Of a DNA stretch of 40,971 bases, positions 1 to 7,736 are shown piece by piece. The stretch comes from Nitrospirales bacterium. GTDB lineage: Bacteria > Nitrospirota > Nitrospiria > Nitrospirales > NS-4. Each line of letters begins with the position of its first letter. The stretch's first letter is position 1. The notes under the pieces were generated by a model that did not search any database, was not told where the DNA came from, and saw nothing but the letters and a program-made list of their open reading frames with translations. Location of the stretch: positions 1 to 40,971 of the forward strand of contig JAUSHW010000006.1 of assembly GCA_030648395.1 (NCBI GenBank), in the 5' to 3' direction. The position numbers and the translations under genes were made by a program.

Positions 1-11
1 AGAACGCGATT

Positions 12-476
12 ATGACGACCAGAGGGTATCGAAACACCGTGCGGTTCGCTCCCATCGTTCTTGCTGTGGGCGCGATGCTAGGAATGGGAGTGGTCGCTTC
101 GGCGGTCCAAGCCGTAGAACCCACCAAGAAGATCGAGATCGTCGCCAAGGACAAGGAATGGAAGGTGAGCGGCTATACACTCAAGGACGAGCCGACGGAG
201 ATCGTCGTCCGCAACGAGGACACCGTCACGCACGGGTTCAATTCCTCATTGTTCAAGGATGTGAAGGTGAAAGTAGAGGGGGATGGCTATCCGGCCAAAG
301 GAAAGGGGCCCAATGTGTACCGCGTGGACCCTGGAAAGATGATGATCCTTCACTTCAACAAGCCCTCCACGGGCACGGGCGAGGGTAGCACGACCTATGC
401 ATTCTGGTGCGATATGCATCCCAATATGAAGGGGGAAATGTTTGTGCTGTCAGTGAGGGGAGAAGCCGGAGGTTGA
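12..476 (+). CDS. Secreted cupredoxin-fold (type-1 blue copper) protein
   Basis: 154-aa ORF. Hydrophobic signal-like N-terminus (FAPIVLAVGAMLGMGVVASAVQA). An upstream His (TVTHGF) plus the C-terminal loop WCDMHPNMKGEM gives the Cys-x2-His-x(2-6)-Met copper-ligand pattern of plastocyanin/azurin-like cupredoxins. Confidence 0.75.
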   Translation: MTTRGYRNTVRFAPIVLAVGAMLGMGVVASAVQAVEPTKKIEIVAKDKEWKVSGYTLKDEPTEIVVRNEDTVTHGFNSSLFKDVKVKVEGDGYPAKGKGPNVYRVDPGKMMILHFNKPSTGTGEGSTTYAFWCDMHPNMKGEMFVLSVRGEAGG

Positions 477-494
477 GAGGACGGAGGCCTGGCG

Positions 495-698
495 ATGGAA
501 TGCCGACGCTGCATGGGCTTTATGGTGGAAGAGGTGTTTGCGGACGTGCGATACGATGCCGGTGCCATGCACTTTCAAGGGTGGCGATGTATCAGTTGCG
601 GAGCAATTTCAGATCCAACCATTCAGACAAATCGGTCAGAATCGCCGAGTCCAATGAGGGATCGGGCGAGGAAGAGGCGTTCCACAATACCAAGCTGA
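495..698 (+). CDS. Small zinc-ribbon protein (two CxxC pairs)
   Basis: 67-aa ORF starting 19 nt after the cupredoxin stop. MECRRCMGFMVEE...GWRCISCGAISDP contains CxxC...CxxC. Third-position GC is coding-like over about the first 35-45 codons. The tail (about 640-698) has low GC3 and overlaps the next gene, so the functional end is uncertain. Confidence 0.5.
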   Translation: MECRRCMGFMVEEVFADVRYDAGAMHFQGWRCISCGAISDPTIQTNRSESPSPMRDRARKRRSTIPS

Positions 699-1621
699 AG
701 GCGTTGCTGGCCGTGGTCGGGACGGCGCTGGTGCTCAGTGCCGTCGGCGTTTCATCCGGGGACGCCAAAGAGCTGTTCAAGGACGAGGCTGGAGAACTCC
801 TGTACGCGATCGACGATAACGGCATGGTCTCCATGTTCGAGAACAGTCCCGGCACGGACGTGACGCTTTCGGTGACGCGTGGCACTCGCGAGCAGATGCA
901 GCCGCAGGTGACCGAGGTGCTGCCGCAAACTGTGCCGGCCGGCTCGTTCACCGTGCTGAAGATCAAAGGGCGGAACTTGGTGGGCGCCGGCGTCAAGCTC
1001 AGTGTGCCGAGTATCGAGGTCAAGCCCTTTGCGGGCAAGCCGAAGGAACTGGCCGTGCCCATCCAGGTGCCCCTGGATTTGCCGCCGGGCGAGGTGACGG
1101 TGGAGGTCACGACGCCGATCGGCCGCACGACGGCCCGTTTCAAGACCACGGAGGTCAGGATCGGCGGAGGCGAAGGCGTCAAGCGCGACAATGTAATCAC
1201 GCATTCCGGCCAGGGGTATGGTGGTGACGAGGGGATTGGGGCCATCGCGATAACGGCCCCGTCGTCCTGCCCGCCGGGGATGGTGGGGGTGGCGTCTGAA
1301 GGGGGCGGATTCTGCATCGAGGTAGACCGGACGTTCGGCGGAGATTTCCGCAAGGCCGATCTGGCCTGCGCGGTGAACGGCAAACGACTCTGTATGCTTT
1401 CCGAATGGCAGGCGGCGTGCAAGCAGACGGGAGCCGGCAAGGTCACGCTGAACAACATGAAAGGTGAGTGGGAGTGGACCGCCGGGTTTGACATTCTTTC
1501 GGACGACACACAGCAGGACACCCGCTATCTCCTGATGGGCAAGTCCGACTGCGAGACGACCCACGGCACCATGCGTCTCAACGCCGAGCCATTCGTGGGG
1601 CGATGCTGTAAGAACCCGTGA
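587..1621 (+). CDS. Membrane-anchored/secreted protein with an IPT/TIG-like beta domain and a Cys-rich C-type-lectin/FGE(SUMF1)-like C-terminal domain
   Basis: Part of the 407..1621 ORF. The ATG at 587 is the first start from which third-position GC becomes high. One hydrophobic helix (KALLAVVGTALVLSAVGV). The segment VLPQTVPAGSFTVLKIKGRNLVGAGV...GEVTVEVTTPIG resembles IPT/TIG repeats. The C-terminus CPPGMVGV..GGFCIEVDR...CAVNGKRLCMLSEWQAACK resembles FGE/C-lectin-like modules. Start uncertain. Confidence 0.6.
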   Translation: MYQLRSNFRSNHSDKSVRIAESNEGSGEEEAFHNTKLKALLAVVGTALVLSAVGVSSGDAKELFKDEAGELLYAIDDNGMVSMFENSPGTDVTLSVTRGTREQMQPQVTEVLPQTVPAGSFTVLKIKGRNLVGAGVKLSVPSIEVKPFAGKPKELAVPIQVPLDLPPGEVTVEVTTPIGRTTARFKTTEVRIGGGEGVKRDNVITHSGQGYGGDEGIGAIAITAPSSCPPGMVGVASEGGGFCIEVDRTFGGDFRKADLACAVNGKRLCMLSEWQAACKQTGAGKVTLNNMKGEWEWTAGFDILSDDTQQDTRYLLMGKSDCETTHGTMRLNAEPFVGRCCKNP

Positions 1622-1665
1622 GGCTCATGCTATCTGAACCGCTTCCGTTCATGACGGCGTTGCCC

Positions 1666-1671
1666 TATAAT
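1666..1671 (+). promoter_or_regulatory. Candidate -10 box (TATAAT), 7 nt upstream of the GTG start at 1679
   Basis: A perfect TATAAT hexamer lies at 1666-1671 in the 57-nt gap after the previous stop. I see no Shine-Dalgarno sequence between it and the start. No good -35 was found, so this is weak. Confidence 0.25.
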
Positions 1672-1678
1672 CCCTTGT

Positions 1679-2845
1679 GTGACGCGTACAACGCGAGCGC
1701 TCCAGCACTTCCGAACCACGATCCAACGTCTTCTCCATGCCTCCGCTCCGGCGGCGCTCCACCCCCTTGCCGGGGTGATCGCGGACGCCGTCGAGGGAGC
1801 GTCTGAGGACGGCGACCTCTGGGAGCAGGTGCGTCCGCAGTGCGAGGACTACCTGCGCAAGGTCCGGTGCGGCTCCGGGACTCTTGCGCATGCGGTGGAG
1901 TGGGAACTGGTCAAGCTCCAGGCCCGGATCAGGCCCGAGCCAGATACCGCGTGGCCGCCGCTGTTCCGCGACAAGAATGTCCACATCGGCAGCTTGATCC
2001 ACCTGTGGCGCGGCGTCGCGCGCGAGACCGAGGACAGGCTTGCCGCGCAGGGCATCGAGACCTTCCTGGACATCGGCCCCTGGGGCGGATTCAATTTCGT
2101 TGTGAACCAGGACGGCTACACGCGGATGAAGTTTGCCAGGCTGACGCTGGGAATCGGCAGCCTGGCCTCGACGCCGCTCGAGGAGCACGGCGGGCCTTTC
2201 TTCGACACCTTCATGCCGCTTTACAAGGCCCGCCTGGCCCAGGAGGGCCTTGTCGTGCCGGAGGAGTGGCAGTACAAGAACCCCAAACGCGACGTATCCG
2301 GACGCTTGCTGGAGATCTCCAATATCTACTACTTCCCGTGGCACACGTACGACAATCGCGCCTTCGTGAAGGTCCGCCTCTCCCGCGAGTTCGAGACCTA
2401 CGAGGAGATCATGGTCTGGGATTTCCTCGAGTTGCTGGCGCGGCTGCATTACACGACGGACTGGGCGACGTACAGGCAGGAGACGAAGGACGTGGACGTG
2501 CGGTTCGACCTGCAGGACTTTATTTCTCTCAGCCACATCATGGAAGGGGTCTATCAACGGACGGATAAGGAAGAGCGGCTGCTGCAGGAAATCAAGGAGG
2601 CGTTCCGCGGCGCAATCCGCGAGCGGCCGGTCCTCTATGAGTACCTGGACAAGGTGGTGAAGGCCAAGTGGGTCGAGAATCTCTACTGGGCCGTTGTCTG
2701 CATTGTGCTGGGTATCCGGAAGTTCGAGCGGACGGTGAGCTTCGGGCCGGAGATCCAGACATCGCCCCTGCCGCCCCAACTGCTGATTCCCGTCAAGCGG
2801 CACATGCAGGTGTATCACGAACGGATTGGCGCGTTGAGGTCGTAA
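1679..2845 (+). CDS. Hypothetical protein (388 aa, no motif recognised)
   Basis: Long ORF with a GTG start, coding-like composition and no transmembrane segment. I recognise no catalytic or binding motif. The 448-aa antisense ORF (1649..2995) is Arg/Pro/Leu-rich shadow. Confidence 0.6.
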   Translation: MTRTTRALQHFRTTIQRLLHASAPAALHPLAGVIADAVEGASEDGDLWEQVRPQCEDYLRKVRCGSGTLAHAVEWELVKLQARIRPEPDTAWPPLFRDKNVHIGSLIHLWRGVARETEDRLAAQGIETFLDIGPWGGFNFVVNQDGYTRMKFARLTLGIGSLASTPLEEHGGPFFDTFMPLYKARLAQEGLVVPEEWQYKNPKRDVSGRLLEISNIYYFPWHTYDNRAFVKVRLSREFETYEEIMVWDFLELLARLHYTTDWATYRQETKDVDVRFDLQDFISLSHIMEGVYQRTDKEERLLQEIKEAFRGAIRERPVLYEYLDKVVKAKWVENLYWAVVCIVLGIRKFERTVSFGPEIQTSPLPPQLLIPVKRHMQVYHERIGALRS

Positions 2846-2848
2846 ACT

Positions 2849-2998
2849 CTGATGGGTGGTGGCGAGTGGGACCCTGGCGGAGCGGAAGGACCTACAGCCG
2901 AGTCTGCGGGGCTGCGACGGCGAAAGGGCCTGAGCTGATGACCCGTTGCATTTGAAGAGCAACAGGTGCCCCGGTGACTCGCCGACAGGACCCATCAG
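2849..2998. repeat. ~150-nt intergenic element bounded by imperfect terminal inverted repeats (candidate structured RNA or MITE-like relic)
   Basis: ctgatgggt (2849-2857) pairs with acccatcag (2990-2998). ggcgagt (2861-2867) pairs with actcgcc (2977-2983). An internal hairpin cccgttgc-atttgaaga-gcaacagg lies at about 2942-2966. The element sits between convergent genes. Confidence 0.3.
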
Positions 2999-3006
2999 CT
3001 ACGTGC

Positions 3007-3984
3007 TCAGAGTTTCGTTGCTTCGAGCGTGCCGATGTCGGGCGTGATCCGGCGCCGTTTGAAACGGCCGAATCCCAGCGCCTTCAGCCAGCCTTCCGTC
3101 TCGCTCCAACTGTAGCACTGCCCGCTGCCGGTAAAGAGATACATCATCAGTGAGAACAGGGAGGACTTGGGCGGTTGGGTCCGGCTGTCGTCCAGGAAGA
3201 ACTCCACGATGAAGACCTTGCCGCCTGGACGGAGCGCGTCGCGGACGCGCTTCAGCAGGGTGCGGTTCTTCTTTGCATTGAACACATGGATGACGTTCGA
3301 GACGAGGACGGCGTCGTACCCGGAACCGAGTGGAGCCGTAAAGATGGAGCCCGCGCGGGCGCGGAGCCGCTCCTCCAGGCGATGCTTCCGAATGAGTTGC
3401 CGGGCCACGGTGACGGTCTGATCCAGCACGACGCCTTCCACGCGTGGGTAACGTTTCGCCAAGGCGATCGCGTAGGAGCCCGGCCCGCCGCCCAGATCCA
3501 GGAAACGCGTGGATCGAGGAGGGAGGCGTAGCGTGTCCACGGTGGGAGCGGCGAGGCCATGGCTCCGCTCGTGCATGGCAAGCGAGAAGCGTCGGCGGAA
3601 CTCCCGCGATCTGGTGATGGGAGCCCAGCCCGGACGGCCTGCCCGGAGCGCCTGGGGCAGTTTCGTCCAGTCGTGCCAATGGTGCCCCAGGAGCCACAGG
3701 AGGTTCGAGATAGCCGTCGGGCTCCGGCGGTCCAGATAGCGTCGTCCCAGGGGTGTGTTGTGGTAGCGCGTGCCGTGTCGTGACAGCAGTCCCAGTCCCG
3801 CCAAGGCGTTGAGGAGCAGAAGCATGCCTTCCGGATCGGCCTTGCAGCCTTTCGCGACCTCGCCGGCGGTGCGTCCGCCCGTTCCGATGACGGTGAACAC
3901 ATCCAGGTCATTCGCGGCCAGCAAAGCCTGGGACTCGCCGCAGGCGTTGGCTAACTGCATCAACTGGGGATCGGCCATCGGCAT
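3007..3984 (-). CDS. Class I SAM-dependent O-methyltransferase (family-2 type with N-terminal dimerisation/wHTH domain)
   Basis: FLDLGGGPGSYAIALAKRYP is SAM motif I, followed by YDAVLVSNVIH and LRPGGKVFIVEF. The N-terminal LLAANDLDVFTVI...AGEVA is typical of the OMT dimerisation domain. I chose the ATG at 3984 (MPMADPQL); the longer ORF to 4098 would overlap the gcvT start. Confidence 0.8.
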   Translation of the reverse strand: MPMADPQLMQLANACGESQALLAANDLDVFTVIGTGGRTAGEVAKGCKADPEGMLLLLNALAGLGLLSRHGTRYHNTPLGRRYLDRRSPTAISNLLWLLGHHWHDWTKLPQALRAGRPGWAPITRSREFRRRFSLAMHERSHGLAAPTVDTLRLPPRSTRFLDLGGGPGSYAIALAKRYPRVEGVVLDQTVTVARQLIRKHRLEERLRARAGSIFTAPLGSGYDAVLVSNVIHVFNAKKNRTLLKRVRDALRPGGKVFIVEFFLDDSRTQPPKSSLFSLMMYLFTGSGQCYSWSETEGWLKALGFGRFKRRRITPDIGTLEATKL

Positions 3985-4082
3985 AGTGCGCACGATACCG
4001 AGCCGCGCCGAGGAGTTCAAGCTTCGGTCTTCAATTAATCGGACGGCTCTGTTAGAGTGGCACCGTACTTTTGGAGAGAGCC

Positions 4083-5180
4083 ATGAGACGAACCCCACTG
4101 TTCAAACAGCATCAGCAACTGGGCGGCAAGCTGGTGGACTTCGCGGGCTGGGAGATGCCGATCCAATACGGCGGCGTGGTCGAGGAGTACCAAGCGGTGC
4201 GGACAGCGGCGGGGCTCTTCGACGTGAGCCACATGGGCCGGGTGACCGCCGAGGGCCGCGAGGCCGAGGCGTTCCTGGAGCGCGTCACGACCAACAACGT
4301 GGCCAAACTGGCGGTCGGCGACGCGCAGTATTCAATGGTCTGCAATCCCGCCGGCGGCATCAAGGACGACATCTTCATCTATCGGCTGGGCGAAACCAGG
4401 TTTCTCGTCTGCGTCAACGCCTCGAACCGCGACAAGATCGTCTCCTGGCTGTTCCAAAAGGCGCCGCAGGGGGACATCCGCCTCAGTGACGAGAGCGACG
4501 AACTGGCCCAGATTGCGTTGCAGGGGCCGCAGTCCCACGATATCCTGCGGGCGGTCTGTCCGGCGGCGGCCGAGACCCTCAAGCCGAGGCAGTGCGTGGA
4601 AGCCGACGTGCTCGGTGCTCAGGGGGTCGTGTCGCGCACCGGCTATACGGGCGAGGTCGGCTACGAACTCTACGTTCCGTCGCACAAGGCTGTGGCTGTG
4701 TGGGACAGCCTCATGAAGGCCGGCGAGAAAGCCGGTATCAAAGCCTGCGGCCTGGGCTCGCGCGATTTGCTCCGTCTGGAAGTGGGGTATTTGCTGTATG
4801 GCAACGACATGGACGAGCAGACCACGCCGCTGGAAGCGGGCGCGGCCTTTGCGGTGGATTTCACGAAGGGCGAGTTCGTCGGAAGCCAGGCCCTGCTCGA
4901 GCAGAAGGAGAAGGGCCCGGCGAGGCGGCTGGTGGCGTTTGAGTTGCTCCAGAAGGGCGTGCCGCGTCACGAAATGAAAATCCTCGCGGACGGACAGGAG
5001 ATTGGTGTCGTCACGAGCGGCAATCTCTCGCCGCGCCTGCAGAAGGGGATCGGGCTGGGCTACGTGCCGCCGAAGTTCAGTGCGCCTGGTGCGCAATTCC
5101 AGATCGACATCCGGGGCCGCATGCACCAAGCCGTCGTGGTGAAGCTGCCGTTCTATAAAAGGAAGCAAGGCGCGGTATGA
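4083..5180 (+). CDS. gcvT: Glycine cleavage system aminomethyltransferase (T protein)
   Basis: MRRTPLFKQHQQLGGKLVDFAGWEMPIQYGGVVEEYQAVRTAAGLFDVSHMGR is the canonical GcvT N-terminus. A GGAGAG Shine-Dalgarno sequence at 4073-4078 precedes the ATG at 4083. Confidence 0.93.
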   Translation: MRRTPLFKQHQQLGGKLVDFAGWEMPIQYGGVVEEYQAVRTAAGLFDVSHMGRVTAEGREAEAFLERVTTNNVAKLAVGDAQYSMVCNPAGGIKDDIFIYRLGETRFLVCVNASNRDKIVSWLFQKAPQGDIRLSDESDELAQIALQGPQSHDILRAVCPAAAETLKPRQCVEADVLGAQGVVSRTGYTGEVGYELYVPSHKAVAVWDSLMKAGEKAGIKACGLGSRDLLRLEVGYLLYGNDMDEQTTPLEAGAAFAVDFTKGEFVGSQALLEQKEKGPARRLVAFELLQKGVPRHEMKILADGQEIGVVTSGNLSPRLQKGIGLGYVPPKFSAPGAQFQIDIRGRMHQAVVVKLPFYKRKQGAV

Positions 5181-5716
5181 ACAAGAGCATATACAAGGGC
5201 CGGATCGTGGACCTGAACCTGGAAACCGTGACGCTGCCAAACGGGGCCACGGTGGAACTGGAAGTGATTCACCATCCCGGCGCGGCGGCCACGGTGCCCA
5301 TGAAGGATGAGCGGACCGTGATCCTGATCCGGCAGTATCGGCACGCGGTCGGCGGCTACATCTACGAAATCCCGGCCGGCAAGCTCCATCCCGGCGAGGA
5401 TCCACGCGAGTGCGCCAATCGCGAGCTGGAGGAAGAGATCGGCTACAAAGCCGGGGTGCTGGAGCACGTGACGAGCGCCTACACCACGCCGGGCTTTACC
5501 GATGAGGTGATTCATATCTACAAGGCGTCGCAGCTTCAGAAGGGCACGCAGGATCTTGGGCATGACGAGGTGTTGGAGATCGCAGAGTTCCCGCTGGCGA
5601 AGACCATGACCATGATCCGGGAAGGCGTCATCAAGGACGCGAAGACCATTGTGGGCCTGCAGTGCGTGTATCTGCAGATCCTCGGCGAGAACATCGGAGA
5701 GGAGGAACGGTCATGA
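5177..5716 (+). CDS. NUDIX hydrolase (ADP-ribose pyrophosphatase-like)
   Basis: Nudix box GKLHPGEDPRECANRELEEEIGY (Gx5Ex7REUxEExGU). The ATG overlaps the gcvT stop (ATGA). Confidence 0.85.
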   Translation: MNKSIYKGRIVDLNLETVTLPNGATVELEVIHHPGAAATVPMKDERTVILIRQYRHAVGGYIYEIPAGKLHPGEDPRECANRELEEEIGYKAGVLEHVTSAYTTPGFTDEVIHIYKASQLQKGTQDLGHDEVLEIAEFPLAKTMTMIREGVIKDAKTIVGLQCVYLQILGENIGEEERS

Positions 5717-6486
5717 AGACTCTTCTGAAGATCGGCGTAGTCCTCGTGGTGCTCTTCATCATTGCGGTGGCCGTGGTCACCTCCAACCTGGACAAGATGA
5801 TCAAGGCGGGGGTGGAGACCGTGGGCCCGGAGATCACCGGGACGTCGATCAAACTGGAGGGCGTGGACCTGTCGCTGCTCTCCGGCGAGGGGCGGCTCAA
5901 GGGACTGGTGGTCGGCAATCCGCCGGGCTTTCAGACCGAGCGGGCGTTCAAGCTTGGGGACGCCAGGGTCAAGGTGGACCTGAAGTCGGTTCTCACGGAC
6001 AAGCTCGTCATCGAGGAAATCCTGATCGACGGGCCCGAGATCACCTACGAGGCGGGCGCGTCCGGCAACAACCTCAACAAGATCCAGGAGAACGTCGCCG
6101 CGTTCGCCAAAAAGGCGGGGGCGCAGGGAGGCGCCGAGCCGAAGGCGGAGAAGAAGGAGCCAGGCCAGAAAAAAGTCCAGATCAACCATTTCATCCTGAA
6201 GAACGCCCAGGTCAACGCCAGCGCCACCATGTTCAAGGGCAAGACGCTCACGGTCTCGTTGCCGGACATCCATCTCAAGGACATCGGCAAGGAGTCGGAA
6301 GGGACGACCATGGGGAAGGCCTCGTCGGAGGTGTTCGCCGCCATCAACAAGTCCGTGGTTCAGGCGGTGACGGGTTCCGGCAAATTCCTGGAGAAGGGCG
6401 CCGAGGCGGTGGGCGAGGCGGCGAAGGGTCTCGGCAGCGATGCGGAAAAGGCCGTCGAAGGGCTCAAAGGGCTCTTCGGAAAGTGA
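5713..6486 (+). CDS. Membrane-anchored AsmA/DUF748-like protein
   Basis: The ATG at 5713 overlaps the NUDIX stop (ATGA). N-terminal TM helix (LLKIGVVLVVLFIIAVAVV). Repetitive beta-rich segments (IKLEGVDLSLLSGEGRLKGLVVGNPPGF, VKVDLKSVLTDKLVIEEILIDGPEITYE) resemble AsmA-like/DUF748 proteins. The family call is tentative. Confidence 0.6.
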   Translation: MKTLLKIGVVLVVLFIIAVAVVTSNLDKMIKAGVETVGPEITGTSIKLEGVDLSLLSGEGRLKGLVVGNPPGFQTERAFKLGDARVKVDLKSVLTDKLVIEEILIDGPEITYEAGASGNNLNKIQENVAAFAKKAGAQGGAEPKAEKKEPGQKKVQINHFILKNAQVNASATMFKGKTLTVSLPDIHLKDIGKESEGTTMGKASSEVFAAINKSVVQAVTGSGKFLEKGAEAVGEAAKGLGSDAEKAVEGLKGLFGK

Positions 6487-6493
6487 GCATGCC

Positions 6494-6946
6494 ATGTCGT
6501 TGACCGATCGCTTGTCCGACGATCTGAAGGTGGCCATGAAGGCCCGGGATCAGCTCCGCATGGACGCCATCCGCATGGTCAAGGCGGCCCTGCAGAATAA
6601 AGAGATTGAGCTGAAGAAGGACTTGGATGAGGCCGAGATGAGCCGGGTCTTACTGACCCTGGTCAAGCAGCGGAAGGAAGCGGCCGAACTCTATCAAAAA
6701 GGAAAGCGCGACGACTTGGCCGGCAAGGAGCTGAAAGAGCTCGCGATCATCGAAGCCTACCTGCCGAAAGCGCTCTCGCAGGAAGAGATCGTCAAGATCG
6801 TCGAGAGCGCCATCCAGGAAGCCGGCCCGGTCACGATGAAGGACATGGGCAAGGTCATGAAAGCCATCACGGCGAAACTCGCCGGCCAGGCCGTGGACGG
6901 CAAACAACTCTCCGACCTCGTCCGCTCCCGCCTGCAGCAGGGTTAG
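6494..6946 (+). CDS. GatB/YqeY domain-containing protein
   Basis: MSLTDRLSDDLKVAMKARDQLRMDAIRMVKAALQNKEIE...IIEAYLP...MKDMGKVMKAITAKLAGQAVDGKQLSDLV is the characteristic YqeY pattern. Confidence 0.85.
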   Translation: MSLTDRLSDDLKVAMKARDQLRMDAIRMVKAALQNKEIELKKDLDEAEMSRVLLTLVKQRKEAAELYQKGKRDDLAGKELKELAIIEAYLPKALSQEEIVKIVESAIQEAGPVTMKDMGKVMKAITAKLAGQAVDGKQLSDLVRSRLQQG

Positions 6947-6955
6947 CCCGGTCTC

Positions 6956-7013
6956 TTAAGACGAATAACTCTCCATCGGCGGGCAGGTGCAGATGAGGTG
7001 GCGGTCGCCGTAG
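6956..7013 (-). pseudogene. Orphan 3'-terminal fragment of a glycine dehydrogenase (gcvP) gene
   Basis: On the minus strand it reads [18 protein letters not shown]-stop. The resident gcvP C-terminus is [18 protein letters not shown]-stop. Positions 6965-7013 are 45/49 identical to 8838-8886. Similarity vanishes upstream of the Tyr codon. Confidence 0.7.
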
Positions 7014-7034
7014 TCCTGTAGGAAGACGCCATAG

Positions 7035-7343
7035 TTACTTTGGCTTCAGCAGTCTGCGCGCTGCCTCCCGATAGACCGCCATGTCCTCGCGCTTGCCGAT
7101 CGCGACGACCTCTACGACGATCTCCGCTTCCAGAATCCGGTAGACGATCCGGATTGCCTTCTTTGCCGCATAGAGCTTGTAGTAGCCGGTAAGATCGAAC
7201 CCGGCTTTCCGGCCGAGGTGCTCCCCCAGTTGTGGGGACGTTTCCAGTTTCCGTAGCTGGCGAGCGACTTGTTCCTTGACTGATTTATCGAGCGCTCGCA
7301 AGTCCTCCGCAGCTTCGGCCGTCAGGACGACCTTATACGGCAA
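7035..7343 (-). CDS. Type II toxin, RelE/ParE family
   Basis: 102 aa. The layout (YKVVLTAEAAEDLRALDK...YYKLYAAKKAIRIVYRILEAEIVVEVVAIGKRED) fits the RelE/ParE fold. It overlaps the upstream antitoxin gene by 11 nt. Confidence 0.8.
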   Translation of the reverse strand: MPYKVVLTAEAAEDLRALDKSVKEQVARQLRKLETSPQLGEHLGRKAGFDLTGYYKLYAAKKAIRIVYRILEAEIVVEVVAIGKREDMAVYREAARRLLKPK

Positions 7344-7626
7344 TCCGTTGCTCCTTCAGAAGAGCGTTGAGAGAAATGCGTTTGCCGGACCCTTTGCGTT
7401 TCCGTTGCTCGATGAGACGGTAGATTTCGATGTGTTCGAGGAGAGCCAGAGCTTCCGCCATCGTTTCGTATTCCTCGATCGGCAGAATGACGGCCTCTAA
7501 CTCATTGTTCTTGGCGATCGCGATCCGGTGCTTGTGGTGCGTCTTCAGGTCAGCCAGCATTTTTCCGAATGACCGGGCTGCACGGGATGCGCTCACAATT
7601 TCATCTTTTCTGTAGGCCACGCTCAT
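7333..7626 (-). CDS. Type II antitoxin, Phd/YefM-like
   Basis: 97 aa. The N-terminus (EIVSASRAARSFGKMLADL...RIAIAKNNELEAVILPIEEYETMAE) matches the Phd/YefM pattern. A GAGGA Shine-Dalgarno sequence precedes the ATG. It lies directly upstream of, and overlapping, the toxin gene. Confidence 0.75.
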   Translation of the reverse strand: MSVAYRKDEIVSASRAARSFGKMLADLKTHHKHRIAIAKNNELEAVILPIEEYETMAEALALLEHIEIYRLIEQRKRKGSGKRISLNALLKEQRIAV

Positions 7627-7736
7627 ATTTTCCTCATGCGCTAAATTTGATGTATGATTATGTGTAACCCTAGCACAAAGATAAGGGGGCAGGCAACTTT
7701 TCAGGCAATGCTAGGGAAAGCAGCCGGCCCAGCGGC

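Noticed and set aside
407-586. N-terminal 60 codons of the 404-aa ORF (MRYASQYEGG...), which would overlap the cupredoxin gene end and the zinc-ribbon ORF
   Set aside because: The region has poor third-position GC and an Arg/Gly/Cys-rich, non-protein-like sequence. The coding signal in this frame begins around the ATG at 587.
2876-2902. GCGGAAGGACCUACAGCC, resembling the SRP RNA GGAA-tetraloop / AGCAGCC motif
   Set aside because: The bases flanking GGAA cannot form the required helix-8 stem. The symmetric-loop sequences do not match, and the overall length and context are wrong for 4.5S RNA.
3985-4082. Possible glycine riboswitch upstream of gcvT (also 11703-11793 upstream of gcvP)
   Set aside because: The regions are only about 90-100 nt and lack the conserved aptamer core sequences. 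The GGAGAG near 4073 is better explained as the Shine-Dalgarno sequence.
3985-4098. Extension of the O-methyltransferase ORF to the GTG at 4098
   Set aside because: It would overlap the gcvT Shine-Dalgarno sequence and start on the opposite strand. OMT-family N-termini align with the MPMADPQL start at 3984.
7668-7716. 8-bp inverted repeat ccctagca...tgctaggg between the channel gene and the TA operon start
   Set aside because: A 33-nt loop and no U tract make it a poor terminator. It may contain the TA promoter or operator, but I could not define credible -35/-10 boxes.
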